Source: Candidatus Microgenomates bacterium (GTDB lineage: Bacteria > Patescibacteriota > Microgenomatia > UBA8517). Taken from it: a stretch of DNA of 64,000 nt. This document shows positions 19,495 to 28,012 of the stretch, piece by piece; positions within the stretch are counted from its first letter, which is position 1, and each line of letters opens with the position of its first letter. The notes under the pieces are model-generated. The model saw nothing but the letters and a program-made list of their open reading frames with translations, was not told the DNA's origin and did no database searches. The position numbers and the translations under genes were made by a program. The DNA lies in assembly GCA_049523135.1 (NCBI GenBank), contig JBEKNE010000001.1, forward strand, positions 287,770 to 351,769, read 5' to 3'.

Positions 19495-20181
19495 ATGGCT
19501 ACTCAGAAGTTCGTTCCTGTAAGTGAAATCGATTCCAAACTTCTTCCGAAAATTCAAAATTACCTTCCAAGGTATGAGAACGGCATTTTTGTCGGTCTCG
19601 GAAAAACCGGGAAAGATTCGTACATTCGTGGATTCGTCTGCGATGTCGAAGATGACGGAACGATCGTAAAAGTCAGGTACGATGCCCTCAAGAAATTTGA
19701 TGGGCTTGTCGGCGAAGACGGTCATGCGACTCCAAGCGCGGTTATGGTGGTTGCGGAAAGTCGTGCAGACGGCATCTATCTCTATTGTGCCCCTGAGTAT
19801 CGCGTCTTTATCTATGACCATGTTAATAATCAACTTGGTGTTACAGTAGAAGGCTTTGCGGGCGGATTTACGGAAAAAGGTAAGGAACCGGCGGAGACGG
19901 CATTGGAAGAGGTTCTTCAGGAACATGGTATTGTTGTCGGAGCCGTTTGGCCTATTGTGCGAATCGGATATGCCTCGGATAATCGAGCCATGACTGAGAC
20001 GTGCATTGAATATTATCTTGGTATGTTTGAACGCCAGGTCGGCCAAGATCTACAAGGGGATGAAGTTATCCAAAAAACCGAAGCAATTCGTGTCGATCAC
20101 TTTGTTCCCGGTCTTGACGGTATCGTCGATACGGCTTACGCTTTCTTGGTTTCGCACCTCAAGCTTGTCAAGCCAATGTAA
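19495..20181 (+). CDS. Nudix-fold protein with degenerate Nudix box; GC-rich, probably horizontally acquired
   Basis: Strong AAGGAG RBS 8 nt upstream of ATG. The segment GGFTEKGKEPAETALEEVLQEHGI aligns position-by-position with the Nudix box but has K, E and Q at three catalytic positions. GC content is clearly higher than in neighbouring genes. Confidence 0.6.
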   Translation: MATQKFVPVSEIDSKLLPKIQNYLPRYENGIFVGLGKTGKDSYIRGFVCDVEDDGTIVKVRYDALKKFDGLVGEDGHATPSAVMVVAESRADGIYLYCAPEYRVFIYDHVNNQLGVTVEGFAGGFTEKGKEPAETALEEVLQEHGIVVGAVWPIVRIGYASDNRAMTETCIEYYLGMFERQVGQDLQGDEVIQKTEAIRVDHFVPGLDGIVDTAYAFLVSHLKLVKPM

Positions 20182-20194
20182 TTTGTTCGGGCAC
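20180..20194. repeat. Right arm of the inverted-repeat pair (AATTTGTTCGGGCAC), abutting the stop codon of the Nudix-like gene
   Basis: See the left arm; the arm centres are 758 bp apart. Confidence 0.6.
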
Positions 20195-20202
20195 TTCTGG
20201 CG

Positions 20203-20261
20203 CCAGCCCCTCTTGGGAATACTGTATCAATTGCTGCTACTGATACAAAAGAGGTGGCTGG
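20203..20261 (+). other. Branched stem-loop: 12-bp GC-rich outer stem with one bulged T, enclosing a 34-nt loop that contains a nested 6-7 bp hairpin (GTATCA...TGATAC)
   Basis: CCAGCCCCTCTT (20203-20214) pairs with AAGAGG-T-GGCTGG (20249-20261). Inner stem 20224-20229/20241-20246. Confidence 0.45.
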
Positions 20262-20279
20262 TTGTCATGAAGAAGTTGC

Positions 20280-20340
20280 CTGTGCGGTTGTAAGAATTTT
20301 AATTTACAAAAATTAAAAGATCCCAACCGCACAGCAAGAA
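20280..20340 (+). terminator. Second branched stem-loop (11-bp outer stem CTGTGCGGTTG/CAACCGCACAG with a nested perfect 9-bp AT hairpin) followed by a T-rich tract; probable intrinsic terminator for the 19495..20181 transcript
   Basis: Outer stem 20280-20290/20324-20334; inner TTTTAATTT-acaa-AAATTAAAA at 20297-20318; downstream sequence ...attttcatttttta. Confidence 0.4.
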
Positions 20341-20427
20341 TAAAGTATTTTCATTTTTTATATACAAACTTCATGTTTGTTGAAGCAATTCAAGACCAAT
20401 TCCTATTTTTCGAATCTTAATTGAAGA

Positions 20428-20456
20428 TTGCATCTCGTCGTTTCTTTTGCTACTAT
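20428..20456 (+). promoter_or_regulatory. Sigma70-like promoter (TTGCAT - 17 nt - TACTAT) 7 nt upstream of the rfbF ATG (leaderless-type)
   Basis: Hexamers at 20428-20433 and 20451-20456; ATG at 20464; no SD. Confidence 0.45.
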
Positions 20457-20463
20457 TTAAGCC

Positions 20464-21255
20464 ATGCAGACAGTTATTTTGTGCGGCGGCAAGGGCACAA
20501 GAATGAAAGAAGAGACGGAATTTCGTCCCAAGCCACTGGTTGAGATAGGTGGTATACCAATCCTCTGGCATATTATGCAAATCTACATGTACTATGGTTA
20601 TAACGACTTCATCTTGGCGTTAGGATATAAGGGAAACATGATCCGCGACCTATTTAAGGAGTGGTATACAAATACGAACGATTTCTCCATTGATATGTCT
20701 ACCGGTAAGACTACGGTTTTGAGTAATAGGCAGAGAAATTTTAAAGTCACTTTGGTAGAGACCGGGGACACACCCGATAAAGAAATCTTAACCGGTGAGA
20801 GAATTTTAAGGACAGCCCCATACATTAAAGGTGATGAATTTATGCTTACCTATGGTGACGGGGTTTCCGATATCGATATAAAGAAAGTCGTAGACTTTCA
20901 TCATAAGATGGGAACTCTGGCTACTGTTTCAGGTGTCCATCCCAAATCCAGATTCGGCCTTGTCGAAAGAGATAATAAAACAGGACTGGTTACTCAGTTT
21001 AGTCAGTATCCTGTCATGCGTGAGTATATAAGTGGAGGTTTTATGGTTTTTAAAAGAAAAGCCTTGGACTATTTTACAGACGGTCAGATGGAAGAAGGTT
21101 TGGGTCATCTTGCTGAAGACAAGCAGTTATCAATGTATATTCACGAAGGATTCTGGAAGGCTGTTGATACATATAAAGAATTGGAACAACTTAATCAGCT
21201 TTGGTATGATGGCCGTCCTTGGGCCGTATGGGAGAAAAAAGATAATCAGAAATGA
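20464..21255 (+). CDS. rfbF: Glucose-1-phosphate cytidylyltransferase
   Basis: Near-collinear similarity to Salmonella RfbF/Yersinia DdhA: MQTVILCGGKGTRMKEE..RPKPLVEIGGIPILWHIM ... LTYGDGVSDIDI ... GGFMVF. Confidence 0.9.
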   Translation: MQTVILCGGKGTRMKEETEFRPKPLVEIGGIPILWHIMQIYMYYGYNDFILALGYKGNMIRDLFKEWYTNTNDFSIDMSTGKTTVLSNRQRNFKVTLVETGDTPDKEILTGERILRTAPYIKGDEFMLTYGDGVSDIDIKKVVDFHHKMGTLATVSGVHPKSRFGLVERDNKTGLVTQFSQYPVMREYISGGFMVFKRKALDYFTDGQMEEGLGHLAEDKQLSMYIHEGFWKAVDTYKELEQLNQLWYDGRPWAVWEKKDNQK

Positions 21256-22319
21256 AGGAAGACCTTGGAAAATTTTTTAAGGGTAAAAAAGTCCTTATAA
21301 CAGGTCATACCGGCTTCAAGGGAGCTTGGCTTGCCGAAGTTCTCACTCTCTGGGGAGCCAAAGTAATCGGAGTATCTCTGGAGCCATACACGGAACCCAA
21401 TCTCTACACTGTTCTTAAACTTGGTGAAAAGGTAAATAATTATTTTGCCGATATCACGGATCAAAGGAGGCTGGCGGATATTTTTGCAAAAGAACAGCCG
21501 GAAATTGTTTTTCACTTGGCAGCCCAAGCAATAGTCAAGATAAGTTATGAGGATCCTCTCCGTACATTTAGGGCAAATGTCATAGGATCTGCAAATGTAC
21601 TTCAAACAATCCGCGAGACAAAATCGGTTAAAACCGGAGTAATGATAACTTCTGACAAGGTTTACGAAAATAAAGAGTGGGTACATCCGTACCGTGAGAT
21701 AGACAGGCTTGGAGGGCACGATCCGTACAGTGCCAGTAAAGCCGCAGCGGACATTATTGATCAGTCTTTCATAAAATCTTTTTTCACTGAGGAAACTGAT
21801 CCCTTTGTCGGTATTACCCGTGCGGGAAATGTCATTGGAGGTGGGGATTGGTCGCCTTACAGAATTATTCCGGACGTGGTACGTGCAATTTACGAAAAAG
21901 GCGAAGCTGTCGTAATTCGAAACCCTCAGTCAATTAGGCCTTGGCAGTTTGTTTTGGAGCCGCTTTCCGGTTATCTTCTTCTTGCCAAAAAACTATTTGA
22001 AGGTGACAGGTCATTAATAACCACTTGGAATTTTGGTCCGCATCAGGGCAATTTTGTAACTGTTTCTGAGTTGGTTGAAGCCGGAGTTAAAATTCTCGAC
22101 AAGGGTTCATACAAAGTTGTGCCCGATAAGAGTTTTCACGAATCAACATTTTTAAAACTCGATATTTCCAAAGCCCACGATCTCCTTGGCTGGAGTCCAA
22201 AACTGGATATCAAAGAAACATTGGGATACACATACGATTGGTATAAAAATTATTATGAGCATCTGAAGTCTCCAACTGAATTTACCGATAAGCAGATAAC
22301 CGAATATTTTTCTAAATAA
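21252..22319 (+). CDS. rfbG: CDP-glucose 4,6-dehydratase
   Basis: KVLITGHTGFKGAWL Rossmann motif, YSASKAA catalytic region, RAGNVIGGGDW and IRPWQFVLEPLSGY motifs shared with RfbG/DdhB. Start overlaps the rfbF stop. Confidence 0.9.
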   Translation: MKEDLGKFFKGKKVLITGHTGFKGAWLAEVLTLWGAKVIGVSLEPYTEPNLYTVLKLGEKVNNYFADITDQRRLADIFAKEQPEIVFHLAAQAIVKISYEDPLRTFRANVIGSANVLQTIRETKSVKTGVMITSDKVYENKEWVHPYREIDRLGGHDPYSASKAAADIIDQSFIKSFFTEETDPFVGITRAGNVIGGGDWSPYRIIPDVVRAIYEKGEAVVIRNPQSIRPWQFVLEPLSGYLLLAKKLFEGDRSLITTWNFGPHQGNFVTVSELVEAGVKILDKGSYKVVPDKSFHESTFLKLDISKAHDLLGWSPKLDIKETLGYTYDWYKNYYEHLKSPTEFTDKQITEYFSK

Positions 22320-22852
22320 TGATTTTCACTCCAACAAAAATTGACGGAATGTTTGAAGTTACTCTTGAACCCCATGAAGACGAAAGAGGTTATTTCAGAC
22401 GTATGTTTGCCGAAGAGGAATTTGCAAAGGCGGGGATAACCGATTTCAAAATAGTCCAAATTAATCAAGCTTATACAAAATCTGCCGGGGTTTTGCGGGG
22501 ACTTCACTGGCAGACGGAACCAAAACTGGAAGCGAAATACTTCCAATGTTTAAATGGAGAGATCTTTGATGTTGTGGCAGATACAAGACTGGATTCAAAA
22601 ACTTATGGTGTCTGGGCGGGTTTTCATCTCAAGAGTGACGAAAAGAAACTTTTGTTTATTCCCGGAGGCGTTGCCCATGGATATGAAACATTAACAGATA
22701 ATTGCATGGTTCAATATATGGTTTCGGAATTTTATTCGCCTGAGGTAGAAAAAGGTATCAGATGGAATGACCCCACATTTAATATTGAATGGCCTCTTGA
22801 ACCCACCTTCATGTCCGAAAAAGATAAAAATCTGCCGGATTTTAAAAAATGA
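22319..22852 (+). CDS. RmlC-like cupin sugar-nucleotide 3,5-epimerase (predicted to act on the CDP-4-keto-6-deoxyhexose)
   Basis: About 177 aa; ERGYFRRMF and RGLHWQ motifs of the dTDP-4-dehydrorhamnose 3,5-epimerase family. Confidence 0.8.
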   Translation: MIFTPTKIDGMFEVTLEPHEDERGYFRRMFAEEEFAKAGITDFKIVQINQAYTKSAGVLRGLHWQTEPKLEAKYFQCLNGEIFDVVADTRLDSKTYGVWAGFHLKSDEKKLLFIPGGVAHGYETLTDNCMVQYMVSEFYSPEVEKGIRWNDPTFNIEWPLEPTFMSEKDKNLPDFKK

Positions 22853-23718
22853 AAAATAAAGTATTGATATTGGGTTCTCAGGGAACACTTGGACAATCTT
22901 TGGTTAATGAATTTCAAAAGAATGGGTATGAAGTGGTTGCATGGGATAGGGGTGACTTGGATGTCACTGCTCCCGACGCTCCAAAAAAGATTAAGGATCT
23001 CCATCCTCAAATAATAATTAATGCTATTGCCTATAATGCGGTAAATAAGATGGAGACTGATGAAAATGAGAGAAAAATTGCGTTTCTGATTAACGCTAAA
23101 GCCCCCGGAATTCTGGCAAATACAGCGAAAAGTATTGGAGCGATTTTTGTTCATTATTCCACGAGTTATGTATTTCCCGGAGATAAAAAAGAAGGGTACA
23201 GGGAAACAGACACTCCGGGCCCTGTAGATATTTATGGTGAATCTAAGCTGGAAGGCGAGAAAGCAGTAGAAAAAGTTGGAGGCAAATATTATATCTTAAG
23301 GCTTTCCCGTCTTTTTGGTGTAAAAGGTGCAAGTGAGATGAGCAAAAGAACATTCGTGGATATTATGATTACCGAGATTGACAAGAGTGAATTGGAAGTT
23401 GGCGACACGGAGGTTAGTTCACTGACCTACGCTCCCGACTTGGCGAAGGTGACAAGAAAAATTGTCGAAGAAAATAAACCTTATGGCATCTACCACTCCG
23501 CAAACGAGGGACTGTGTACCTGGTATGAATGGGCAAAAGAAATTTTCAAAGATTTGGGTAAAGGACCAAAAGTAATTCCCGCAAAACACACTCTAACACC
23601 AGGTGGAGTAAAACATCCCCAATATTCGGGTCTTATAAATACAAAACTTTCCAAGCAAAGAACATGGCAGGAAGCTTTGAAGGAGTTTATAGAAGCGGAG
23701 TATAAAAATCAAAAATGA
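22849..23718 (+). CDS. RmlD-like NAD(P)H-dependent 4-ketoreductase (dTDP-4-dehydrorhamnose reductase family)
   Basis: N-terminal Gly-rich dinucleotide-binding motif ILGSQGTLGQ, a YSTSYVF/YGESK catalytic region, and RmlD-like length. Confidence 0.8.
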   Translation: MKNKVLILGSQGTLGQSLVNEFQKNGYEVVAWDRGDLDVTAPDAPKKIKDLHPQIIINAIAYNAVNKMETDENERKIAFLINAKAPGILANTAKSIGAIFVHYSTSYVFPGDKKEGYRETDTPGPVDIYGESKLEGEKAVEKVGGKYYILRLSRLFGVKGASEMSKRTFVDIMITEIDKSELEVGDTEVSSLTYAPDLAKVTRKIVEENKPYGIYHSANEGLCTWYEWAKEIFKDLGKGPKVIPAKHTLTPGGVKHPQYSGLINTKLSKQRTWQEALKEFIEAEYKNQK

Positions 23719-24305
23719 CTGAAAAAACAAGCGGTTTTGATGATGGTGATGACCAAAAAGTTATCGACATCTTAAATAAATGGGACGGAGGGCCACTTTC
23801 CGACAAGCTTTTTACAAAGTTTGCGGAGATGGCTCCCCAGACGAGTGTAATAACGGTGGTGTTCAGGAAAGATGGAGATATGCTTGAGACACTGCTTCTG
23901 AAAAGACCTGAAACCGATCCGATTTGGCCTGGAGTTTTGAACTTGCCCGGAAAAATGTTCAGAAAAATTGATTTTGTGAGGGAGGATAACCATCCTGAGA
24001 GGGGTCCTATCGGGAGGATTGAGAAAGACGAAATAGGTTCAAATTTTACCCAAAAACCTGAATTTGCCGGAGTGGCTTTCCAGGACACAAAACGCGGTCC
24101 GACAATCGTTTTAGTTTATGTAATTAATGAAGACGTAAAACTACCGAAAGGTGGAGAATGGCACAATGTGGATGAACTTAAGAATTTACCCAATTTGATA
24201 GAAACGGAACGGGTTGCTATTGATGTGGCTCTAAAAAGTCATTTGGCAGGTTCAAACCACTTACCTTCTTTATATCCTGTGGAATTCCAGAAGAAATCGG
24301 CCTGA
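23715..24305 (+). CDS. Hypothetical protein, possible degenerate Nudix-like sugar-nucleotide hydrolase
   Basis: Last gene of the translationally coupled CDP-sugar operon. The WPGVLNLPGKMFRK segment resembles the start of a Nudix box but lacks canonical catalytic residues. Confidence 0.4.
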   Translation: MTEKTSGFDDGDDQKVIDILNKWDGGPLSDKLFTKFAEMAPQTSVITVVFRKDGDMLETLLLKRPETDPIWPGVLNLPGKMFRKIDFVREDNHPERGPIGRIEKDEIGSNFTQKPEFAGVAFQDTKRGPTIVLVYVINEDVKLPKGGEWHNVDELKNLPNLIETERVAIDVALKSHLAGSNHLPSLYPVEFQKKSA

Positions 24306-25210
24306 CTCACTTTTTTGTAGAGCCAGAGTGGAGCTCTATGGTAGCAAAGTCTGCCGAATTGATATCCCAGCCAACCAAAGGCCAGCTGGAAAAATGCAGT
24401 GGGTAACATAAGCGGTTCCTCTTTTAGTACATTGATTAGCAGATATTTGGCGTACGAAGCTCCGCGCGCCTGGTCTCCTCCTTTTCCTAAATTTAAAGTT
24501 TGGTGCCATTGTTTTCTGTACATTCCGGTATCAAAATGCCTGACAAACTCTTTTGCCGGGGAATAGTTATGTGAGTGTTCGACAACCGCATCGGCAGCGT
24601 AAGCGACTTTATAACCCTTTTTAAGCAGCATCGCTACGGCGATAGTGTCTTCTCCCGAGAGAGTCCATCTGAATCCGCCGATGTCGTCAAGAGCTCTATT
24701 AAGATAGGCGGCACAGGAGTCCGAACAAAAAATTGTATAGACACCATATTTTTTTGCATCACCTATACCTCTAATATTACTTTCTTCCGGAAAATTAAAT
24801 TTTCTTCCCAGCCTGGCAATAACATTTGCCCCCGGGTGGGCTACTTGCCTTGCATAAGAGACTGCGGCTTTCCCATCGATAATAGGTTTGACTAATTTCG
24901 AAAGCATTTCCTTATCCTTCGGGTAGGCATCAGGCGTCATCATGACGACAATATCGGTTCCCAGTTTTTTTCTGCAAAGCTCGCGGGCACTTCCATGATT
25001 CATTTCAATCCTTGGAATTACTAAAGTGTCGGCTTCCATCTTTTTTGCCAACTCAATCGTTCCGTCATTGGAACTGGAGTTAAAAACAAGAACTTTTGGT
25101 CTAAGTGGCGAATTCAAAAGCGGAGGTAAGCATTTATCAAGATGACGGATATCTTTAAATGTGATAACGGCAACTCCAATACTCATCTTTTTAGGCCGTT
25201 TTTTGTCCAT
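24239..25210 (-). CDS. GT2-family glycosyltransferase
   Basis: The N-terminal GT-A domain begins at SIGVAVITFKD and the TDIVVMMTPDAYP segment lies within it. Start set to the internal ATG (MDKKRPKK...). Confidence 0.7.
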   Translation of the reverse strand: MDKKRPKKMSIGVAVITFKDIRHLDKCLPPLLNSPLRPKVLVFNSSSNDGTIELAKKMEADTLVIPRIEMNHGSARELCRKKLGTDIVVMMTPDAYPKDKEMLSKLVKPIIDGKAAVSYARQVAHPGANVIARLGRKFNFPEESNIRGIGDAKKYGVYTIFCSDSCAAYLNRALDDIGGFRWTLSGEDTIAVAMLLKKGYKVAYAADAVVEHSHNYSPAKEFVRHFDTGMYRKQWHQTLNLGKGGDQARGASYAKYLLINVLKEEPLMLPTAFFQLAFGWLGYQFGRLCYHRAPLWLYKKVSQADFFWNSTGYKEGKWFEPAK

Positions 25211-25275
25211 AATTGTGATTAATATTATACAACGTTGCGTAGGAGGGTATCGGTAGGGTATCATTTCTCTAGCGT

Positions 25276-26226
25276 ATGAGTACGAAAAAGGTGGGTATTT
25301 CAGTCGTAATTGTCAGTTGGAACACCAAGGAAATAACAGATACATGCTTGGCTTCAATGAAGAAGGCTGTGGATTATGTTAAGGATAGGGCAAATGTCGA
25401 GGTAATTGTGGTTGAAAACGCCTCAGAAGACGGGTCTTTTGAGATGATTGCTAAAAAACACCCCTGGGTTAAGTTAAAGTCCTCGGGTGCCGACTTAGGT
25501 TATGGTAAAGGAAATAATTTTGGATATAAACTTTGCGATTCAAAAAATGAATATCTGCTTCTTCTTAATAACGACGCTTATGTAAATGAAGATACCCTGG
25601 CCAGATCGTTGGATTTTATGGCTGGTCACCCCGATTGTGGCGTACTTGGCTGCCAACTTAGATTTTTAGACGGCAGATTCCAACCCTCGGCCGGTTTCTT
25701 GCCGACCCCGGCTTCGGTTTGGTCCTGGATTTGGGGGTTAAGCCTCGTTCCGGGAGTCAAATTGTTTTTCAAACCATTTCATCCTGCCGATAAGGATTTC
25801 TTTAAAAAAGACCGTGAAGTTGGTTGGACAATGGGAGCTTTCTTGTTTATGAAAATGGAGGTCTTTAAGGATAGCAAAGGCTTTGATGAAAACTTCTTTA
25901 TGTATATGGAAGAAGTGGAATGGTGCAGACGCGCCAAAAAAGCAGGTTATAGAATCTTTTATACGCCAAGTTTCTGGGTGACCCATGTAGATAAGGCAAG
26001 TGCGATGGGTAAACCCGAAGAGCTTGCAAAGATCTTTAGGCGCGAGATTTTAGGGTTTGTTTATTACCTAAACAAAAATTACAAAAACCAATCTTGGTGG
26101 TTTATTCCGGCGATTAAGGCCGGAATTGCCTTGCGTTTATTGGCTTTTACTTTGTTAGGTAATAAAATGAGGCAAGACGCTTATAAGCAAACGCTTGAGC
26201 AATTCGGGAAAGCGCTTTCAAACTAA
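25276..26226 (+). CDS. GT2-family glycosyltransferase (rhamnosyltransferase-like)
   Basis: ISVVIVSWNT ... VVENASEDGS ... LLLNNDAY motifs, the DxD region, and a C-terminal amphipathic/TM tail. Confidence 0.8.
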   Translation: MSTKKVGISVVIVSWNTKEITDTCLASMKKAVDYVKDRANVEVIVVENASEDGSFEMIAKKHPWVKLKSSGADLGYGKGNNFGYKLCDSKNEYLLLLNNDAYVNEDTLARSLDFMAGHPDCGVLGCQLRFLDGRFQPSAGFLPTPASVWSWIWGLSLVPGVKLFFKPFHPADKDFFKKDREVGWTMGAFLFMKMEVFKDSKGFDENFFMYMEEVEWCRRAKKAGYRIFYTPSFWVTHVDKASAMGKPEELAKIFRREILGFVYYLNKNYKNQSWWFIPAIKAGIALRLLAFTLLGNKMRQDAYKQTLEQFGKALSN

Positions 26227-26235
26227 ATTTAATAT

Positions 26236-28011
26236 ATGACAGAACTTAAAAAAGTGGCACTTGTTACGGTTAACTTTGGTAAACCTGATGACACTTTGGA
26301 TCTTCTTAAAACCGTCAGAACTCTTGATACAAAGGGGTTGGATTTTAAGATGGTCGTGGTTGATAAAACTCCGGATACATGGATTGGTGACGCAATCCCC
26401 AAGGATTTTCCTGATATCGAAATAATTCAGGCCGGTTGTGATAAAGGTTTTACCGGTGGGTACAACCTCGGAATGAGATATGCTGCCGCATGGGGTGCAG
26501 ATTATATAGCTATTATCAATAACGATACACTGATTGGGGATCCTCAGATTCTCAAAAAATTTATTGAGGTGTTGGACGAAAATAGAGACGGGGTTGTGTC
26601 GCCAAAAATATATTTTGCAAAAGGCTACGAATTTAAAGACAGATATGCAAAAAAGGATTTGGGACATGTAATTTGGTATGCGGGAGGGGAATTTGATTGG
26701 GCAAATGTTCGCTCGGTTCACAAGGGAATTGATGAGGTTGATGAAGGTAAATATGACGCAGTCACAAAGACCGGTTTTGTAACCGGATGTTGTTTTATGG
26801 TGAAGCGGCATACTCTGGAAAAAGCCGGATACTTCGATGAAGACCTGTTTGCTTATTTTGATGACAACGATTGGCAACAGCGAATCTTAAAAATTGGAGG
26901 AGCTCTTTATTATCATGGCGGAACGCATATTTATCATAAAGTTTCCCAGACAATGGGGATTGGCTCCGAACAGACGGATTATTTATTAACAAGGAATAGA
27001 CTCTATTTCACTTTTAAGTATGCAAAACCCCGTGTTAAATTCGCGGTTTTTAGGGAGATGATAAGACAGCTTGTAACGGGTCGGCCTGCACAGAAAAAAG
27101 GCGTTATGGATTTTATTAAAGGAGTTAAGGGACACTCTCCTTATAAAATTCCGTCAGAAGGACTCTACCATTATCCTGTCAGGCTTTCTGTAATTGTCTC
27201 CAGTTATAAAACAAGTGCTCTTACGTCTGAGCTTCTAAAGAGCATTTATAGGGAGGGATCCGGTTTTGATCCAAAGCAGGATGAAGTTATTGTTTTGGAT
27301 AACGCAACCGATGACGACTTTTCAGTTGTTACTAAAAATTTTCCACAAGCAAGATACCTTAGGAATGTTGTTAATAAGGGTTTTGTCGGCGGAAACAATC
27401 GACTTTTTGAATACTCGCGCGGTGAGCTGGTCTTGATGTTTAATACAGATATAGAAGTAAAAGGTAACAGTATTGGGGAACTCATTAGGACTAGCCGCGA
27501 GTTTAATGATGAGGCAGTGTTAACCGGTAGACTTCTTTTCCCTGACGGAAGCCCGCAGGATTGTTGCTTTAATTTACCTACCATACGCGGTGTTCTTAAG
27601 GAATATTTATTAAAGCAAAAAGGCAGTTTCTTTATGTTTTTGCCGAAAGGAGATAATCCTGTAAGAGTTGAGGGTGGAGTAATGGCCGACTTTTTGATTC
27701 CCCGCAAGGTAATAAACAAAATTGGGGTATTGAATAGGAAGCTTTTTATGTACTTTGAAGACATTGACTATTGCAGAAGACTTAAAAAAGCTAAAATTCC
27801 GGTCTATTACATTCCAAAGGCTGAGTTTTATCATCACCACGGAGCAACAGCCAAGAAGATTGGTAAGCCGGCGATTAATACACAAATAATTGAAAGTTCA
27901 AAGATCTATCACGGTAAGTTCCGTTATGCTCTTATTACGGCCGCGTTGTGGTTTGTGCAAAAAGTAAATATTGTTACATCTCCAAAATCGAGGTGGGAAA
28001 AAGATAAATAA
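26236..28011 (+). CDS. Tandem two-domain GT2 glycosyltransferase
   Basis: Two successive GT-A modules (VALVTVNFGK...IAIINNDTL and LSVIVSSYKT...VLMFNTDIEV), each with its own DxD-like segment. Confidence 0.8.
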   Translation: MTELKKVALVTVNFGKPDDTLDLLKTVRTLDTKGLDFKMVVVDKTPDTWIGDAIPKDFPDIEIIQAGCDKGFTGGYNLGMRYAAAWGADYIAIINNDTLIGDPQILKKFIEVLDENRDGVVSPKIYFAKGYEFKDRYAKKDLGHVIWYAGGEFDWANVRSVHKGIDEVDEGKYDAVTKTGFVTGCCFMVKRHTLEKAGYFDEDLFAYFDDNDWQQRILKIGGALYYHGGTHIYHKVSQTMGIGSEQTDYLLTRNRLYFTFKYAKPRVKFAVFREMIRQLVTGRPAQKKGVMDFIKGVKGHSPYKIPSEGLYHYPVRLSVIVSSYKTSALTSELLKSIYREGSGFDPKQDEVIVLDNATDDDFSVVTKNFPQARYLRNVVNKGFVGGNNRLFEYSRGELVLMFNTDIEVKGNSIGELIRTSREFNDEAVLTGRLLFPDGSPQDCCFNLPTIRGVLKEYLLKQKGSFFMFLPKGDNPVRVEGGVMADFLIPRKVINKIGVLNRKLFMYFEDIDYCRRLKKAKIPVYYIPKAEFYHHHGATAKKIGKPAINTQIIESSKIYHGKFRYALITAALWFVQKVNIVTSPKSRWEKDK

Positions 28012-28012
28012 A

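Noticed and set aside
19417-20046. 209-aa minus-strand ORF antisense to the GC-rich Nudix-like gene
   Set aside because: The plus-strand ORF has a canonical AAGGAG-ATG start, a recognisable Nudix-fold motif pattern and flanking intergenic signals. The minus ORF has no motif or start context, and GC-rich DNA typically gives such antisense ORFs.
20203-20340. Possibility that the branched hairpins after the GC-rich gene are integron attC sites
   Set aside because: The bulged hairpin superficially resembles a folded attC. However, I could not find the R'' (RYYYAAC) and R' (GTTRRRY) core sites at the stem bases, no integrase gene is nearby, and the gene carries its own RBS and possible promoter.
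27246-27885. Minus-strand ORFs (172 and 91 aa) inside the dual-GT2 gene
   Set aside because: They are antisense to a well-supported GT2 coding region, and their translations are Ser/Leu/Lys-rich low complexity.
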